From contig JBFGLM010000004.1 of assembly GCA_041576165.1 (NCBI GenBank), forward strand, positions 1 to 64,000: DNA of 64,000 nucleotides. The letters are read 5' to 3'. Origin of the DNA: Acidimicrobiia bacterium. Its GTDB lineage: Bacteria > Actinomycetota > Acidimicrobiia > Spongiisociales > Spongiisociaceae. Made by a program: the position numbers and the translations under genes. The notes under the pieces are model-generated. The model did no database searches. It was not told the origin of the DNA and saw only the letters and a program-made list of their open reading frames with translations. Shown in pieces: positions 61,624 to 64,000 of the stretch; position 1 is the stretch's first letter, and each line of letters begins with the position of its first letter.

Positions 61624-62976
61624 GTGCGAACAAAACTGGCCGCCGCGACCGCTGCTCTCCTGGTGCTGGCCGCCTGCAGCAGCCGGAGTTCCACGCCTGA
61701 GTCCACCCTCCCGGCACTCAGTTTGGCGGAAGCCACCACGACAACTGAGCCGGCCACAACTGTCTCCCCGGGAGCGGACGCGCCTCCCGACACCGCCGCG
61801 GCGGAAACTGTGCCCCCGACCACCGCGCCACCGGCAGCCATCCCCGATCTGCCCGGCAGCCTGGTGATAATCAGCAAAACCGGTGATCTGCTCGTCGCCG
61901 ACAAGGGTCGCCTGTCCGTTGCGGTACCCGCTCCGGACAATGGCATCATCACTCAGCCAACATGGGGTCCCGACGCCGGCCTCCTCGCCTATTCGCTGCT
62001 CGACCAATCCGGCCCCTGGCTGGTCATCACCGACGGCGCCGGCGACGAACTCGAACGGATCTCGACACCGTTCGTGCCGTTCTACCTGTACTGGAGCCCG
62101 GACGGCGCCCTGGTTGGAGCGCTCGGGGCGGGCCCTAGCGGCGCAGTGGAGTTCGGCGTCGGCGATGTGGGTTCCGGCACCTTCACCAGCCTGTCGGCAG
62201 GCCGGGCCTTCTTCTTCGATTGGTCCCCGGTGAACCCCGAGATCGTGTCTCATGCCGCGCCGGAGCGCCTCGCCACGGTGACGGTCGACGGTACCGAAAC
62301 GCCTCTTCCCACCGCGCCCGGATCGTTTCAGGCCCCGGAGTGGACGCCCGACGGGCGTTCGGTGATCCTGGCGATCAGCGTGGCGCCGGACGGGGCCAAC
62401 GCCCGAGGGGGGTGGCTGTTCGGGATCTCGGCCGGAGCGCAGACCGGCGACCAAGAGGTGGTGCTCATCGACCTCGAGACCGAACGGGTCACCACTCTCG
62501 TGACCTACGGCACCCAGATCGCATTCGATCTCAGCCCGGACGGGCGCAAACTCGCGTACACAGTGGCACTGGCATCGGGCAGTGCGTTTGTGGGCCCACT
62601 CGATGTGCTCGACCTCGAATCGGGTGAGACGGAGCGAATCACCGGCGAGCCGGTGCTGGGATTCGAGTGGAGTCCTGCTGGCAACGCACTGCTCTACTTA
62701 TCGGCCACCCCGGACAACCGGCTGCATTGGAGCGTGACGTCCGGCGGTGAGCAGACCACATATTCACCCCAACCTCCCACCGAGATGTTTTTCCTCCAGT
62801 ATCTCCCGTTCTGGAGCCAGTACGCCCGCAGCATGACCTTGTGGGCGCCGGACGGCTCGGCCTTCGTCTATCCACTGTTGACCCCGGAAGGCGAACAGGA
62901 AATCTGGGTTCAGCCGCTGGACGCCGACGAGCCGGTCTTCATTTCGACCGGTATCTTTGCCGGATGGTCGCATTGA
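61624..62976 (+). CDS. TolB-like beta-propeller lipoprotein
   Basis: Lipobox LAAC, T/P-rich linker, repeated W(S/T/A)PDG. Confidence 0.85.
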   Translation: MRTKLAAATAALLVLAACSSRSSTPESTLPALSLAEATTTTEPATTVSPGADAPPDTAAAETVPPTTAPPAAIPDLPGSLVIISKTGDLLVADKGRLSVAVPAPDNGIITQPTWGPDAGLLAYSLLDQSGPWLVITDGAGDELERISTPFVPFYLYWSPDGALVGALGAGPSGAVEFGVGDVGSGTFTSLSAGRAFFFDWSPVNPEIVSHAAPERLATVTVDGTETPLPTAPGSFQAPEWTPDGRSVILAISVAPDGANARGGWLFGISAGAQTGDQEVVLIDLETERVTTLVTYGTQIAFDLSPDGRKLAYTVALASGSAFVGPLDVLDLESGETERITGEPVLGFEWSPAGNALLYLSATPDNRLHWSVTSGGEQTTYSPQPPTEMFFLQYLPFWSQYARSMTLWAPDGSAFVYPLLTPEGEQEIWVQPLDADEPVFISTGIFAGWSH

Positions 62977-63019
62977 ACGGCGCGGTGCGCCGGACCCGGT
63001 GCTGGTACGTTCGGGGAAC

Positions 63020-64000
63020 ATGAGCCGCACACTCACCGCGGAAGATCTCTGGAGCATCCCCCGCGTCGGGGCACCCCAGATCGATCGCAGTGGAACCGTG
63101 CTCGTCGTTCCCGTGACGACCTACGACGCGGACGGCAATGCCCTGACCCGCCTCTGGCGGCTGGTTGGCGGCGACGCCGTGCCTCTCACGGGGACCGCGG
63201 AATCGGCCGCCCAACCGGCGATCAGTCCCGATGGGACCCACGTCGCGTTCGTGCGCAAGGTCGACGACATCCGCCAGATCCATGTCATGCGTGTGGATGG
63301 GGGCGAGCCGGAGCAAGTCTCCGACATGCCACTGGGCGCGTTCGGGCCGAAGTGGTTTCCGGACGGGGATGAACTCGTTTGCCTCAGCCACGTGTACCGG
63401 GATGCCTCGACGCTCGAGGAGGTCAAAGCTCGAAAAGCCGAACTCGAGGAGCGGCCGTATGACGTGCACGTGTCGGAGAAGCGGTTTTTCCGTTATTGGG
63501 ATGATTGGCTCACTGCCGGCCAGGTACCTCACCTCTGGAAGATCGACCTCGACACCCGGCACGCAACGGATTTGACCCCGGACTCGAGAGTTCACTGGGA
63601 TTTCGAGAGCACCGGTGCCCCGGCCGAGCACTTCGACATCTCCCCGGATGGCAACGAAGTGGCCTACAGCGCATTCCGCTCGGACGACGACGATGTCAAC
63701 CCAACCTATGCGGTTCGAACGGTTCCGGCCGCCGGCGGTGCTGTCCGGATCGTATCCGGTGACGGACCGGGGAACGCTGTCCGGCCCCGCTACACGCTTG
63801 ACGGCACCGGACTGGTCTACGGGCGCCAGCTACGAGATGACTTCTACGCAGACCGGCGGCGCCTGACTCTTCTGGATCGAGCATCTGGAGAGGAGCGAGC
63901 TCTGCTTCCAGCGTGGGACCGATCTCCGGATGCCTGGGCCGTCGGTGCCGACGCCGCCATTTTCTTCGTGGCGGAGGATGCCGGCCAGACCAAGTTGTTC
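63020..64000 (+). CDS. S9-family peptidase N-terminal beta-propeller (partial, runs off right edge)
   Basis: Not in ORF track. MSRTLTAEDLWSIPRVGAPQ...ISPDG...WFPDG...FFRYWDDW. Confidence 0.8.
   Translation, partial: MSRTLTAEDLWSIPRVGAPQIDRSGTVLVVPVTTYDADGNALTRLWRLVGGDAVPLTGTAESAAQPAISPDGTHVAFVRKVDDIRQIHVMRVDGGEPEQVSDMPLGAFGPKWFPDGDELVCLSHVYRDASTLEEVKARKAELEERPYDVHVSEKRFFRYWDDWLTAGQVPHLWKIDLDTRHATDLTPDSRVHWDFESTGAPAEHFDISPDGNEVAYSAFRSDDDDVNPTYAVRTVPAAGGAVRIVSGDGPGNAVRPRYTLDGTGLVYGRQLRDDFYADRRRLTLLDRASGEERALLPAWDRSPDAWAVGADAAIFFVAEDAGQTKLF

Overview
High-GC chromosomal window from an actinobacterium (probably Acidimicrobiia; inferred from gene content and order). It is mostly housekeeping genes: coaD-rsmD-recG-DAK2, ddl/murF, fabI, fadD, serA-like/DUF1015, VanW, adnAB, dtd, tag, plsB, E1 alpha/beta, polX, malic enzyme, a phosphate block (pstSCAB-phoU-regX3-senX3, Na/Pi symporter, second phoU), amt-glnK-glnD, nfuA, malQ and pfkA. 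I saw no mobile element, rRNA, tRNA or CRISPR array. The standout is the ~0.95 kb non-coding gap at 16280-17240. It appears to hold two convergent, hairpin-chain non-coding RNAs (~405 nt on +, ~165 nt on -). Each has a 17-bp-spaced sigma70-type promoter, the same upstream tandem CGCGAAA(A/T)C motif at 20-bp spacing, UUCG/GNRA-capped stems, homologous 3' hairpins and many GGA motifs. This architecture resembles protein-sponging Csr/Rsm sRNAs, which is an inference; I do not recognise them as a known family. Other observations: PafBC-type promoters before the RecB-like nuclease and adnAB, GlnR and PHO boxes, likely non-canonical starts (ATC for pstC, CTG for an alcohol dehydrogenase), an amber-interrupted EEP phosphatase gene and frequent leaderless starts. 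All structures were read by eye; nothing was computed.
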